NCBI GenBank assembly: GCA_964016885.1 | Contig: OZ024748.1 | Coordinates: 20,460,001-20,524,000 of the forward strand | DNA length: 64,000 nucleotides | Origin: Eledone cirrhosa | Taxonomy: Eukaryota | Reading direction: 5' to 3' | Shown: piece by piece, positions 52,703 to 64,000 of the stretch | Layout: every line of letters starts with the position of its first letter | How positions within the stretch are numbered: position 1 is the first letter of the stretch | Made by a program: the position numbers and the translations under genes | The notes under the pieces: model-generated | Seen by the model: only the letters and a program-made list of their open reading frames with translations | The model's database searches: none | Told to the model about the DNA's origin: nothing

Positions 52703-53537
52703 ATATATATATATATATATATAAATATATATAAATATATATCATCATCACCGTTTTAAGTCCATTCTTCCTGTTGTCTTGTTGTGGGCAATGCCAGGTC
52801 AGGTGACCATGTCTTGCTCATACAGAACTGATTTTGGCTTGATTTCTACAGCTGGATGCCCTTCCTAACACCAACCTCATTTACAGTGAGTACTGGGTGC
52901 CTTTTTTACGGCAGTGTCTACAGGACCACTTTACAGGGGGAGACTGCTGCACATTTGAACAATCAGCACTAGGTTTCTAAATAGCTTTTCTAAATATCTT
53001 AAAAATTAAACCAGTCTTCTGTAAGGTTTTCTGGTCACTTGGTTGTCTGTATTTGTTATATTGATTATATTATATATCAAGCCTGAATACACAGTTGCTC
53101 CACAACTTGTTATTATGTAATATAATACAATACAGCTTTATAACCTTGTAACATTGTTATTTTGTGTTATGTTGTGCTATGTTCTCACTAGTCATGTAGT
53201 TATTGACATTAATGCTATTGCACAAATGTTCAAACGTCAGGTTTTCGCTATTACATGACAGTATGGGTAAGTTAGGGGTGTGTGGTGTGAGTATCTGTAT
53301 GTCTGTGGTGTGGTGTGTGTGTGTGTGTGTGTGTGTGTGTGGTGTGTATCTGTATGGGTGATGTGTGTATGTCTGATGTGGCGTGTGTATGTGTGATACG
53401 CGTATATGAGGTGTGTTTATGTGATATATATATGCATGTATATGTATGATGTGTGATTTATACATATGTGATGTGTGTAAATACCTGTTTGTTCAGCTTG
53501 CTCTAGTTATAACCAATGGTTAGAGTGTTATCATTGC

Positions 53538-55565
53538 ATGTATAGTCATGTATATATATAACAGTGTATATAGTCATGTATATATAATAGTGTGTATAGT
53601 CATGTATATATAATAGTGTATATAGTCATGTATATATAATAGCATGTATAGCCATGTATATATAATAGCATATATAGTCATGTATATATATTAGTGTATA
53701 TAGTCATGTATATATAATAGCATATATAGTCATGTATATATAATAGTGTGTATAGCCATGTATATATAATAGCATGTATAGCCATGTATATATAATAGTA
53801 TATATTGTCATGTTAATGTAATAGTGTGTATACCCATGTATATATAATAGCATGTATAGCCATGTATATATAATAGTGTATATAGTCATGTATATATAAT
53901 AGTGTATATAGTCATGTATATATAATAGTGTATATAGTCATGTATATATAATAACATGTATAGCCATGTATATATAATAGCATATATAGTCATGTAATGA
54001 CTTGGGCTTTGGTGTTATATATACACCAAAGCCCAAGTCATTACACCTGATGGGATGACAGAGTTCTTTGAGATACTGGCTGGAGTGCTCCAGGGAGATA
54101 CATTGGCTCCCTACCTTTTTGTCATCATAGTGGACTATTGTATGCGCCTTGCACTGGAGAAACACCAGGACTCTGGCTTTACTGTAGCACCGGCTCAGAG
54201 CAGGAGAGTTGGGGCGAAAAAGGTATCGGATGCTGAATTTGCCGACGACAAAGTTTTGGTGACAAATACAGTGAAGGAGGCGGAGGATTTGATGCGGGAG
54301 GTTGAGACTGTGTCGATGAGTGTGGGGCTGAGAATGAATGAGACTAAAACAAAATATCTGGTAGAGAATGTTGAGAAGCCAGAGGGGATCACTAATGTAG
54401 GCGGGAAGCCGCTGGAATTGGTTGAGGACTTCCTGTATTTGGGAGCAAAGATTGGGAATACGGAAGATGATGTGGTTGAGAGGAAGAGCAAGGCCTGGGC
54501 GGCGTGTCACAGCTTGAGATCGGTGTGGAAGTCGGACCTTCGTAGAGACCTGAAAATCCGCCTCTTCATTGCTGTAGTGGAGTCTGTGCTGCTGTATGGG
54601 TCTGAGACTTGGACACTGACCAAGAGACTCACTCAGATGGTGGATGGGTGCTACACGAGAATGCTGAGGATGGCTCTGAACATTAATCAGTATACACTGA
54701 GGATGAAAAACTCAGAGCTGCATGGGAGCATCCCAAAAGTCAGCTCAAAAGTGACACAGAGGAGACTGAGGTTGGCTGGACATGCTCACCGACATCCAGA
54801 GTTGACATTGCACTCAGTGCACCTTTGGGAGCCCCTACATGGACACACTAGAAGAGGAAGACCAAGGTTAACATATGTTGATGCCCTAAGGACAGACACT
54901 GGTCTGTTGGAGATGCAGGATATGGCAGCGATAATGAGGGACAGAGACCGCTGGAGAGAACTCGTCCATGGATCTCGGGAATTTTACCCGCCTTAGCTAT
55001 AGTCATGTATATATATTAGTGTATATAGTCATGTATATATAATAGCATATATAGTCATGTATATATAATAGTGTGTATAGTCATGTATATATAATAGCAT
55101 GTATAGCCATGTATATATAATAGTGTGTATAGTCATGTATATATAATAGTGTATATAGTCATGTATATATAATAGTGTGTAGAGCCATGTATATATATTA
55201 GCATGTATAGCCATGTATATATAATAGTATATATAGTCATGTTAATATAATAGTGTGTATAGCCATGTATATATAATAGCATGTATAGCCATGTATATAT
55301 AATAGTGTGTATAGTCATGTATATATAATAGCATGTATAGCCATGTATATATAATAGTGTGTATAGTCATGTATATATAATAGTGTATATAGTCATGTAT
55401 ATATAATAGTGTGTATAGTCATGTATATATAATAGCATGTATAGCCATGTATATATAATAGCATGTATAGCCATGTATATATAATAGCATGTATAGCCAT
55501 GTATATATAATAGCATGTATAGCCATGTATATATAATAGCATGTATAGCCATGTATATATAATAG
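53538..55565. repeat. 26-bp minisatellite interrupted by a LINE fragment
   Basis: tagtcatgtatatataatagtgtata units on both sides of 53991-54996. Confidence 0.92.
54021..54996 (+). mobile_element. 5'-truncated RTE-like LINE of a distinct family, open reading frame
   Basis: GVLQGDTLAPYLF, FADD, FLYLG, LLYGSETW, RLRLAGH, GRPR. Confidence 0.9.
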
Positions 55566-55634
55566 TGGTGTTTTTTACAATTAGATGCCCTTCTTAATGC
55601 CAACCACTTTACAGCGTGGGCTGGGTGTTTTGTG

Positions 55635-55684
<50 letters not shown>

Positions 55685-55685
<1 letters not shown>

Positions 55686-55709
55686 CTATAGTTGGCTATA
55701 TTGGTATTT

Positions 55710-55775
<66 letters not shown>

Positions 55776-55799
55776 AAATACCAATATAGCCAACTATAG

Positions 55800-55856
<57 letters not shown>

Positions 55857-55950
55857 CAAATGAAATACCAATATACCCAACTATAGTATATATATATATA
55901 TATATATCAAATGAAATACCAATGTAGCCGACTATAGTATATATATATAT

Positions 55951-56008
<58 letters not shown>

Positions 56009-56037
56009 TATAGTTGGGTATATTGGTATTTCATTTG

Positions 56038-56088
<51 letters not shown>

Positions 56089-56121
56089 CTATCAAATGAA
56101 ATACCAATGTAGCCGACTATA

Positions 56122-56169
<48 letters not shown>

Positions 56170-56210
56170 TATAGTCGGCTACAAATGAAATACCAATGTA
56201 ACCGACTATA

Positions 56211-56248
<38 letters not shown>

Positions 56249-56320
56249 AATGAAATACCAATATAGCCAACTATAGTATATATATATATATCAAATGAAA
56301 TACTAATATAGCCAACTATA

Positions 56321-56328
<8 letters not shown>
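55685..56328. repeat. 33-bp unit dispersed in (TA)n in both orientations
   Basis: TCAAATGAAATACCAATATAGCCAACTATAGTA, about 10 copies. Confidence 0.9.
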
Positions 56329-56361
<33 letters not shown>

Positions 56362-56363
<2 letters not shown>

Positions 56364-58689
56364 CGACCTCATAGTCAGGACGAGACGCACCCGACAGCAG
56401 AAGAGGACTATCCTCAGGAGGAAAATATGGAAACTAAAGGACCCCACAGCCAGAAATAAATTTCAAAGCATATTACTTGATGCTTTCGACAGTAAGGAAG
56501 AGCATCTAGAATCGGACAATATAGAGGGACAGTGGAAATTTCTGAAAGCAAACCTGCTGTTGGCGACAGACGAAGTCTGTGGCTGGAGCAGGCCTGTAGG
56601 CAGGAGGAGAGTAACATGGTGGTGGAACAGTAAGGTGGAGGGGTCAATTAAGGCCAAAAAGCAGGCTTGGAAAGTATGGCGGGATGGGGGAAGTAGAGTA
56701 GACTATCAAGTGGCCAGGAGGGAAGCTAGGAGAGAAGTGTACTTAGCAAGAAGGGAAGCTGAGGAAAGAAAGTTCAAGCATGTTCTACAACGCGATGACC
56801 AAAAACGTGAGGTGTTCAGGATTGCCAGGCAATGCGTCAAGGAAAACCGTGATATTGTCGGGGAGAAGTGTGTACTTAACGATGATGGCATACTTGCCAT
56901 CCCCGACACTGATAAGAAGGTAGCTTGGAAGTGTCACTATGAAAGGCTACTAAATGAGGAGAATAAATGGGAGAAAGACAGTCTCCCCCATATCGACCCG
57001 ATAGAGGGACCAGCAGTGTTAGTCGAGGGGAGTATAATAAGTAAGGCAATCAAGGATATGAAGACTGGTAAGGCGGCTGGGCCTTCAGAAATAGTTGCTG
57101 AGATGCTGAAGGCATCTGGCACGGTGGGACACACCATGGTCACCCGCATAGTTAACCAAGTCGTACAGAATGGGGTTGTTCCGAAGGACTGGCATAGCAG
57201 CATCATCGTTAACTGTTATAAGGGTAAAGGAGACGCCCTAGATAGGAGTAACTATAGAGGCATTAAATTAATCGACCAGGTCATGAAGGTCACGGAAAAA
57301 GTAATAGCGCAACTAATCAGAGAGAGAATTGATCTAGATGAAATGCAGTTCGGGTTTGTGTCAGGCAAAAGCACCACAGACGCTCTTTTCATAGTACGAC
57401 AACTACAGGAGAAGTACCTAGCTAAAGGTAAACCCCTCTACTTAGCTTTTGTCGACCTGGAGAAAGCCTTCGACAGAGTCCCCCGCTCCATTATCTGGTG
57501 GGCTCTTAGAAAACTAGGCGTTGACGAATGGCTTGTGAGGGCTATACAAGCCATGTATAAAGAAACAGTCAGCAAGGTTAGAATTAACAACGAATATAGT
57601 GAAGAGTTTAGCGTAAAAGTTGGCGTCCATCAGGGCTCTGTTCTCAGCCCCCTACTATTTATTATTGCCCTTCAGGCTATAACAGAGGAGTTCAAGACAG
57701 GCTGCCCATGGGAACTCCTATACGCAGACGACCTGACACTCATAGCGGAATCAATGGCCGAGCTAGAGAAGAAATTCCAAACATGGAAGCACGGCCTAGA
57801 GTCAAAAGGACTTAAAATTAACCTGGCTAAGACCAAAGTTCTAGTTTGTAGGAAAGAAAACAAGGCGGCGGTCCCTTCTGGGAAATGGTCGTGCTCGGTA
57901 TGTAGGAAAGGCGTAGGTAGAAACTCCATCTTATGTCCTAAATGCAAAGTATGGGTGCATAAAAGATGTAGTGGGATCACAGGTAAGCTAACTAAGAACA
58001 TAGACTTTACATGTGGCCGGTGTTCTGGTGCAATAAGTAGCAGCAAGTGCCCACAAAATACTAGCTCTTTCAATTGCGCAGAGGGTTTTATAGAAATAGT
58101 GGACAGCTTCCGTTACCTGGGCGATAAAATCAGCAGTGGGGGAGGGTGCTCTGAAAGTACTGTAGCTAGAGTCAGAACTGGTTGGAAAAAGTTCAGAGAG
58201 CTTATACCACTATTAGCTGCTAAAGGGTTCTCCCTAAAAATGAAAGGCAGGTTGTACGATGCCTGCATACGAACAGCAATGTTGCATGGTAGTGAGACCT
58301 GGGCATTGTGTGCAGAGGATATACGCAGACTAGAGAGGAACGAAGCTTGCATGCTCCGCTGGATGTGTAACAGTAATATACGTGAACGGCAAAGCATAAA
58401 CGAACTAAGGAAAAAATTAGAGATAAGAGGGATCAGATGTTGTTTACTCGAGAGAAGGCTGCGTTGGTATGGACACGTGATGCGCATGAAAGTCGATAGC
58501 TGTATTACAAAGTGCAGGGCAATAAAGATAGACGGTAGCCACGGAATAGGCAGACCTAGAAAAACATGGGATGAGCTGATAAACTCCGACCTCACACACT
58601 TACACCTCTCCAAGACAATGTCACTGGACCGTGACCTTTGGCGGTACTCAGTAACAGAGAAGACCCGCCTTGCCAGTAGGCATCTCTAA
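56362..58689 (+). CDS. RTE-clade LINE ORF (RT + PHD-like finger), 5'-truncated after the APE domain
   Basis: Frame is open from 56362; KGKGD..NYRGI, QFGF, FVDLEKAFD, QGSVLSP, YADD, FRYLG, RLRWYGH; 3' UTR and (GAT)n tail to 59043. Confidence 0.95.
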
Positions 58690-59339
58690 CAAAATACACC
58701 CCTCCCGCCGCCACCCCCACCCCATCCACACCACCCCGTTCTATGTAAAGTTATGTTGGTGCCGCGCCATCGAGGCCGAAACAAATGAGATCGTGTAGGT
58801 GTCACGACAAAAAAACACACAGTCCACGCTGTAATGTGGCCGTGTAGGCAACACGGTAAAAACCTCCCAGACCCACACTGTAAATGTGGTTGGTGTTAGG
58901 AAGGGCATCCAACTGTAGAAAACCTGCCAGACAGTCCTATGCGAGCAAGACAATCACTCTTGCCTCAAGTGGGACTACCCCCGTCCAAACCCATGCAAGC
59001 GTGGAACACGGACGTTAAACGTTGATGATGATGATGATGATGATATATATATCAAATGAAATACCAATATAGTCAACTATAGTGTATATAAGGAATGAGG
59101 CTGTACATAAGCAGGATATAAATCTTTTTCGCCTGTCTTGGAGGTCAGTGGCCCTGCTCCAGCTGTGACTTGGTCTGTGTAGACCCATTCAACCCTTGCT
59201 AGGAAAGAAAATGGATGTTAAAACAATGATGGAGATGATGATGGTGATGATAACGAAGATCATAAATTAATAGTTCTTAAAACTCAAAAGTGTCTCTTGT
59301 GACACTAAACTCCGCCAGTTGCAGACTGCACATTAACAT

Positions 59340-59822
59340 GTGATATCTCTCTCCACAAATTTCGATCACCAGCAGCACAGAGTTCAAAGAGCAAAGATCA
59401 AGTCCAGTCCATGAATTGACATTATCAAGCCATCATTTTGGCTGCCGGCCTCTGCTTTTCTTACCAGCCAACCTTCCTTCCAGGCATAACCTACTCACAC
59501 CACAAGTTGATCTTTTTATCTGACCGTATAGCTTGAGTGCTCTTGACTTGACAATTGCTGTAATTGGTCTAAGTTTGGTAATGTTGAGCAGCTCACTGAT
59601 ACAGATATGGTCGCTGAGCCACTTGCCAGTCATAAGTCTCATGATGTGGTTCTGGAATGTAGAGAGCTTCTGAAGTGACCTTGTCGTCCAATTAACACAG
59701 TCAAGACCATGTAACACAACTGGTAGGATGGAAGTATCAAAGATTTTAGCCTTCAAATGGTAGGAAACTTGTTTTGATGTTAGTACTTCCTTTTTCTTGT
59801 TGAAAGTAATTTGCCTTAAATT
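59340..59822 (-). pseudogene. Non-LTR RT C-terminal fragment
   Basis: LKAKIFDTSILPVVLHG..LKLYGQI..GKKSRGRQ. Confidence 0.75.
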
Positions 59823-60009
59823 ATTTGATGATGATGATGATGATGATGACTGTAAAGGTATAATTATTTCTACTTTTGGCACAAGGCCAGCAATTATATC
59901 AGTACATTACCGGTACTTTATTTTATCGACCCCGTAAGGATAAAAGGCAAAGTTAACCTCGGCGGGATTTGAACTCTAATGGTGAAGAATTACTAGATGC
60001 CAATGATGA

Positions 60010-60059
<50 letters not shown>

Positions 60060-60334
60060 ATGGTAGTAGTAGCAGTACTACCATGTTTTAGTAGTAATAG
60101 TAGCAGCAGAGCAGCAGCAGTAGTAGTAATGGTAGTAGTAGCAGTACTACCATGTTTTAGTAGTAGTAGTAACAGAGTAGTAGTAGTAGTAGTAGCCAAG
60201 CAATAAACATGTCTAACATCTTTCTTACACTGGTATTAGCCACTTCCTGTCCTTACCTATAATAGTTTATGTCAGGTGTGAGGTAACCAGAGTGACCCCC
60301 CCCCCCCCATCACTCATCTCCTTAACACACACAC

Positions 60335-60371
<37 letters not shown>

Positions 60372-60527
60372 GAAAGGTGGGGGCGAGGGTTAATTACACC
60401 CTTCACTATATAACTGAATAGTTCAGCAGTCTATATACACTGCCCCAATAAACATAGCCAAAAGCTTTTACTACACTAGTAATATCTCTGATAAACTACC
60501 CATGGTGGGATACAACGCTGTCTATGT

Positions 60528-61325
60528 TTGGCTTGGCAGTATCGGTAGAGGATCGGACGCCGTGCTTTGATGCATAGAGTTACGGCCCTTGCCATTCTGA
60601 GTTCAAATCGCGCCGAGGTTAACTTTATTTCATCGACCCCGTAAGGATGAAAGGCAAAGATGCACTGGGATAATTGCTGGCCTTGTGCCAAAAGTAGAAA
60701 CAAGTATTACACTAGGGCAAGGGCAGTGGATTGGCAGTATCGGTAGAGAGTCAGATGCCATGCTTTGGAGCCTAGAGTTTATGGTTCTTTATGTTTCTGA
60801 GTTCAAATCCTGTTGAAGTTAGCTTAGCCTTTCATCGTTACGGGATCGATAAAATAAAATACTAGTCATACACTGGGGTCGATTTAACCGACTTTCCCCT
60901 ACCCTCCAAAATTGCTGGCCTTTTGCCTAAATCAGAAAACATTATTCAGTATCGGTAGAGGGTCGGACATGCTTGCCAGCATAGTTATGTCCCTTTACGA
61001 TCTGAGTTCAAATCCTGCCGAGGTTAACTTTGCCTTTCATCCTTACGGGGTCGATAAAATAAAGTACCAGTAATGTACTGGGTAATTGCTGGCCTTGTGC
61101 ATAAATCAGAAAACATTATTATAATAGGGCAGTAGATTGGCAGAATCAATGAAGCATCAGACAAAATGCTTTGCAACATTTAGTTATGACTTTTTAAGTT
61201 CTGAGTTCAAATCCTGTAGAGATCAAATTTGCCTTTCATAATACCACGGTCGATAAAATAGGGTCCCGGTTATATATTGAGAATCAATAAAATGGACTTT
61301 CCCTCAAATTGCAGGCCTTGTGCCA
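60528..61325 (+). mobile_element. Four tandem SINE family 1 copies
   Basis: Repeated heads and cores. Confidence 0.8.
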
Positions 61326-61889
61326 ATGTTAAACATGGTTCTGAAACAAAACGACCCATTTTAAAGAGTTCTTTTAAATCTTCCATCATAATTTTATATT
61401 AGAACTATATGTTAAGTTATTATCTCATCAGACTGAAGAGCGCAAGCTGTCAAAGTATTGGACACTCTACTATAGGTTTATGGTTGAGCTGGTGGCAGTG
61501 GAGACTTCCAATGTTCTTGACCCTCAGACTACATCCCTACACAATTCTAATAAGGTGTAGTTAGCTACCTGCAAGTGCAGCTCTTCTGAGTTGAAGTGGT
61601 TGTTCTAACACGACTCCCTTGTGATCCTCTGGAGTAATGTCTTCTCCATTAAGCTACTGGGACTATGAAGCAGACTAACCTTTAAATGAGAGTGAAGCTG
61701 ATTGTCAACTAGTGTGTATTAGGAAATATCATTAGTTGATGTAAATAATTTAGTTTTTAGAGATTGTCACAAAATATTCCGTCCCTGTTTAAAGTATTAT
61801 CTTAGTAAGAAAATAATAGTTATAGTAAATCCCTCAAAATTCTTCATTAATTAATTGAAATCTTGGAAAATAACTGAAAGAATACAATC

Positions 61890-62265
61890 ACAAATACAAG
61901 CGGCCAAAATGTGGTTCCTCTGAATGTTCTTTGGAGTAATGTTACTTGATAGAGTGCATAGCTCAGAGATCAGAAAGTCACTCCTCTGAATTGAGAGATC
62001 ACAGCTCTGATACTATGGGCATGTGGTTAGAATATCTCAGGAAAGAATCACTGGACAGATTTTATGGCCAAAATCAATTGGCAGGAGACCCGAGGGTAGA
62101 CCCCGAGCAAGATGGTTGGATAACATCCATGAGCTTGGCTGGTCTCACTTGGGGATCAAGCTGGATCAGTTGAAAACAGTTGCTTGTGACAGGACCCACT
62201 GGAAAGAATGTTTGGGGACTCTTCCACCACAGCCCTCTTAAGAATAAGTTGGCAAAGAAGAAGAG
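61890..62265 (+). pseudogene. RTE-like LINE 3' fragment
   Basis: GRRPEGRPRARWLD..DRTHW. Confidence 0.75.
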
Positions 62266-62577
62266 TGTATTTCATTAGAAATTTGATGATGAAAAGTTTA
62301 AACCAGGAGACAGATTGTCTTCAGTGATGTCCAATATGTTGGGAGAATTAAGATTAAATCAAATTTTCTGTCTACTTCTCAATAGTTTTTGGAGAACATG
62401 ATATGGGTCATGATTATTGACACGCCATCTCTGACTCAGCAAAAGTAAAAGAAAACTAATCGTCTGTTAAAATATAAGTGATTGTGTTTGTATGGATGTG
62501 TGTATATGTGAGTGGCTATATGGGTTTGTGTATATGTGTATCTTTATTTGTGTATATGTGTCTATATATGTGTGTAT

Positions 62578-62773
62578 ATAACGAAGGAAATGTGGTAAGG
62601 AACCAGGTGGACCATAACGCACCAAAGTACTCAATACTTGAGGTAGTAGAGTGGGTAATAGGAACCAGTAAGACCCCGACAGCTGAGCTCAAGCCGTTTC
62701 GACGGCTAATTCTGGACACAATTAGCCGTTGAAACGGCTTGAGCTCAGCTGTCGGGGTCTTACTGGTTCCTAT
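62578..62773 (-). mobile_element. Family A fold-back element
   Basis: Tail plus near-perfect arms 62658-62711/62720-62773 containing GAAACGGCTTGAGCTCAGCTGTC. Confidence 0.85.
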
Positions 62774-63655
62774 GTGTGTATATATATGTGTGTGTGTATA
62801 TAAGGGTGTATATATATATGTGTGTGTGTATATAAGGGTGTGTGTATATGTGTGTGTATATATGTGTGTATAAGGGTGTGTGTATACGTGTGTGGGTATA
62901 TATGTGTGTGTGTGTGTGTATGTTTATGTGTGTATATGTGTGTCTATATATGTGCGTGTATATATATGTGTGTGTGGGGGGGGGGGTGCATGTGTGTATG
63001 TGTGTATGTGTTTGTATTTATATGTATGTGTGCGTGTTGTGAATATGTGCATTTGTATGTGTGTGTGTTGTATGTTTGTATGTGTATATATGACTGTTGT
63101 GTGTTGTATGTTTGTATGTGTATATATGACTGTTGTGTGTGTGTGTATGTGTATATATCAGTGTGTGTGTTTGTATGTATATATATCTGTGTGTGTGTGT
63201 TTATATGTGTATATATCAGTGTGTGTGTGTTTGTATGTGTATATATCAGTGTGTGTGTTGTACGTGTATATATGACTTGAGTGCATGTTTGTATGTGTAT
63301 ATATCAGTGTGTGTGTTGTACGTGTATATATGACTTGTGTGCATGTTTGTATGTGTATATATCAGTGTGTGTGTTGTACGTGTATATATGACTTGAGTGC
63401 ATGTTTGTATGTGTATATATCAGTGTGTTGTGTGTGTGTTTGTATGTGTATATATGACTGTTGTGTGTGTGTTTGTATGTGTATATATCAGTGTGGTGTG
63501 TGTGTGTGTTTGTATGTGTATATATCAGTGTCTGTGTGTTTGTATGTATGTATATATATGAGTGCGTGTGGTGTGTGGGTGTGTTTGTATGTATATATAT
63601 ATATAACTGTTGTGTGTGTGTTTGTATGTATATACATGAGTGTGTATGATGTGTG
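62773..63655. repeat. (TG)/(TA) compound repeats
   Basis: Direct inspection. Confidence 0.9.
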
Positions 63656-64000
63656 TTTAACTTCATTCTGGGTCAGTGATCACCACTGCCTCACATTTAT
63701 TCATGTTATTTATTTTATTTATTTATTCATTTTATACCTCCACTGTTCAAGAGTAACTTGACATTGGTTGCAGGTTTTAAACAGACAATTACTTCTTTCA
63801 TTGCTATCATCATCATCATCATCATCATCATCATTGTCATCATCATCGTTGTTGTCAATGTCTATTTTCTATACTGGCAAGTGTGAAATAGGTTGTGGTC
63901 TTGCTCATACAGATTTGTTTGTGGTTTGCTTTCTACAGCTAGCTGCCCTTCCTAATGTTAATCACTACCACCTTACCTCTGCTTTACACCTTTAGCATTT

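Overview
Repeat-saturated animal genomic DNA. The SINE, RTE-LINE and (TA)n content resembles an octopus/coleoid cephalopod (inference, not verified). The window appears intronic: two spliced minus-strand exons missed by the ORF track (46020-46143, 37362-37537) join in frame and encode the motor-end/converter and first two IQ motifs of an unconventional, myosin XV-like myosin. The rest comprises a 5'-truncated but open RTE LINE (56362-58689) with a PHD-like finger inside the RT region, many RTE fragments, two abundant tRNA-derived SINE families, mariner/piggyBac/Helitron-like remnants, TE-derived minisatellites and microsatellites. The most striking unexplained structure is a set of more than 15 short non-coding fold-back elements from several unrelated sequence families, nearly all embedded in (TA)n. 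Many carry minimal type I hammerhead ribozyme cores on both arms plus a shared RCTC..GAGY tail stem-loop; they are probably non-autonomous Penelope-like (inverted pseudo-LTR) elements. Two copies of one family have flip/flop (reverse-complement) hairpin loops. Most listed ORFs are microsatellite or repeat artefacts.
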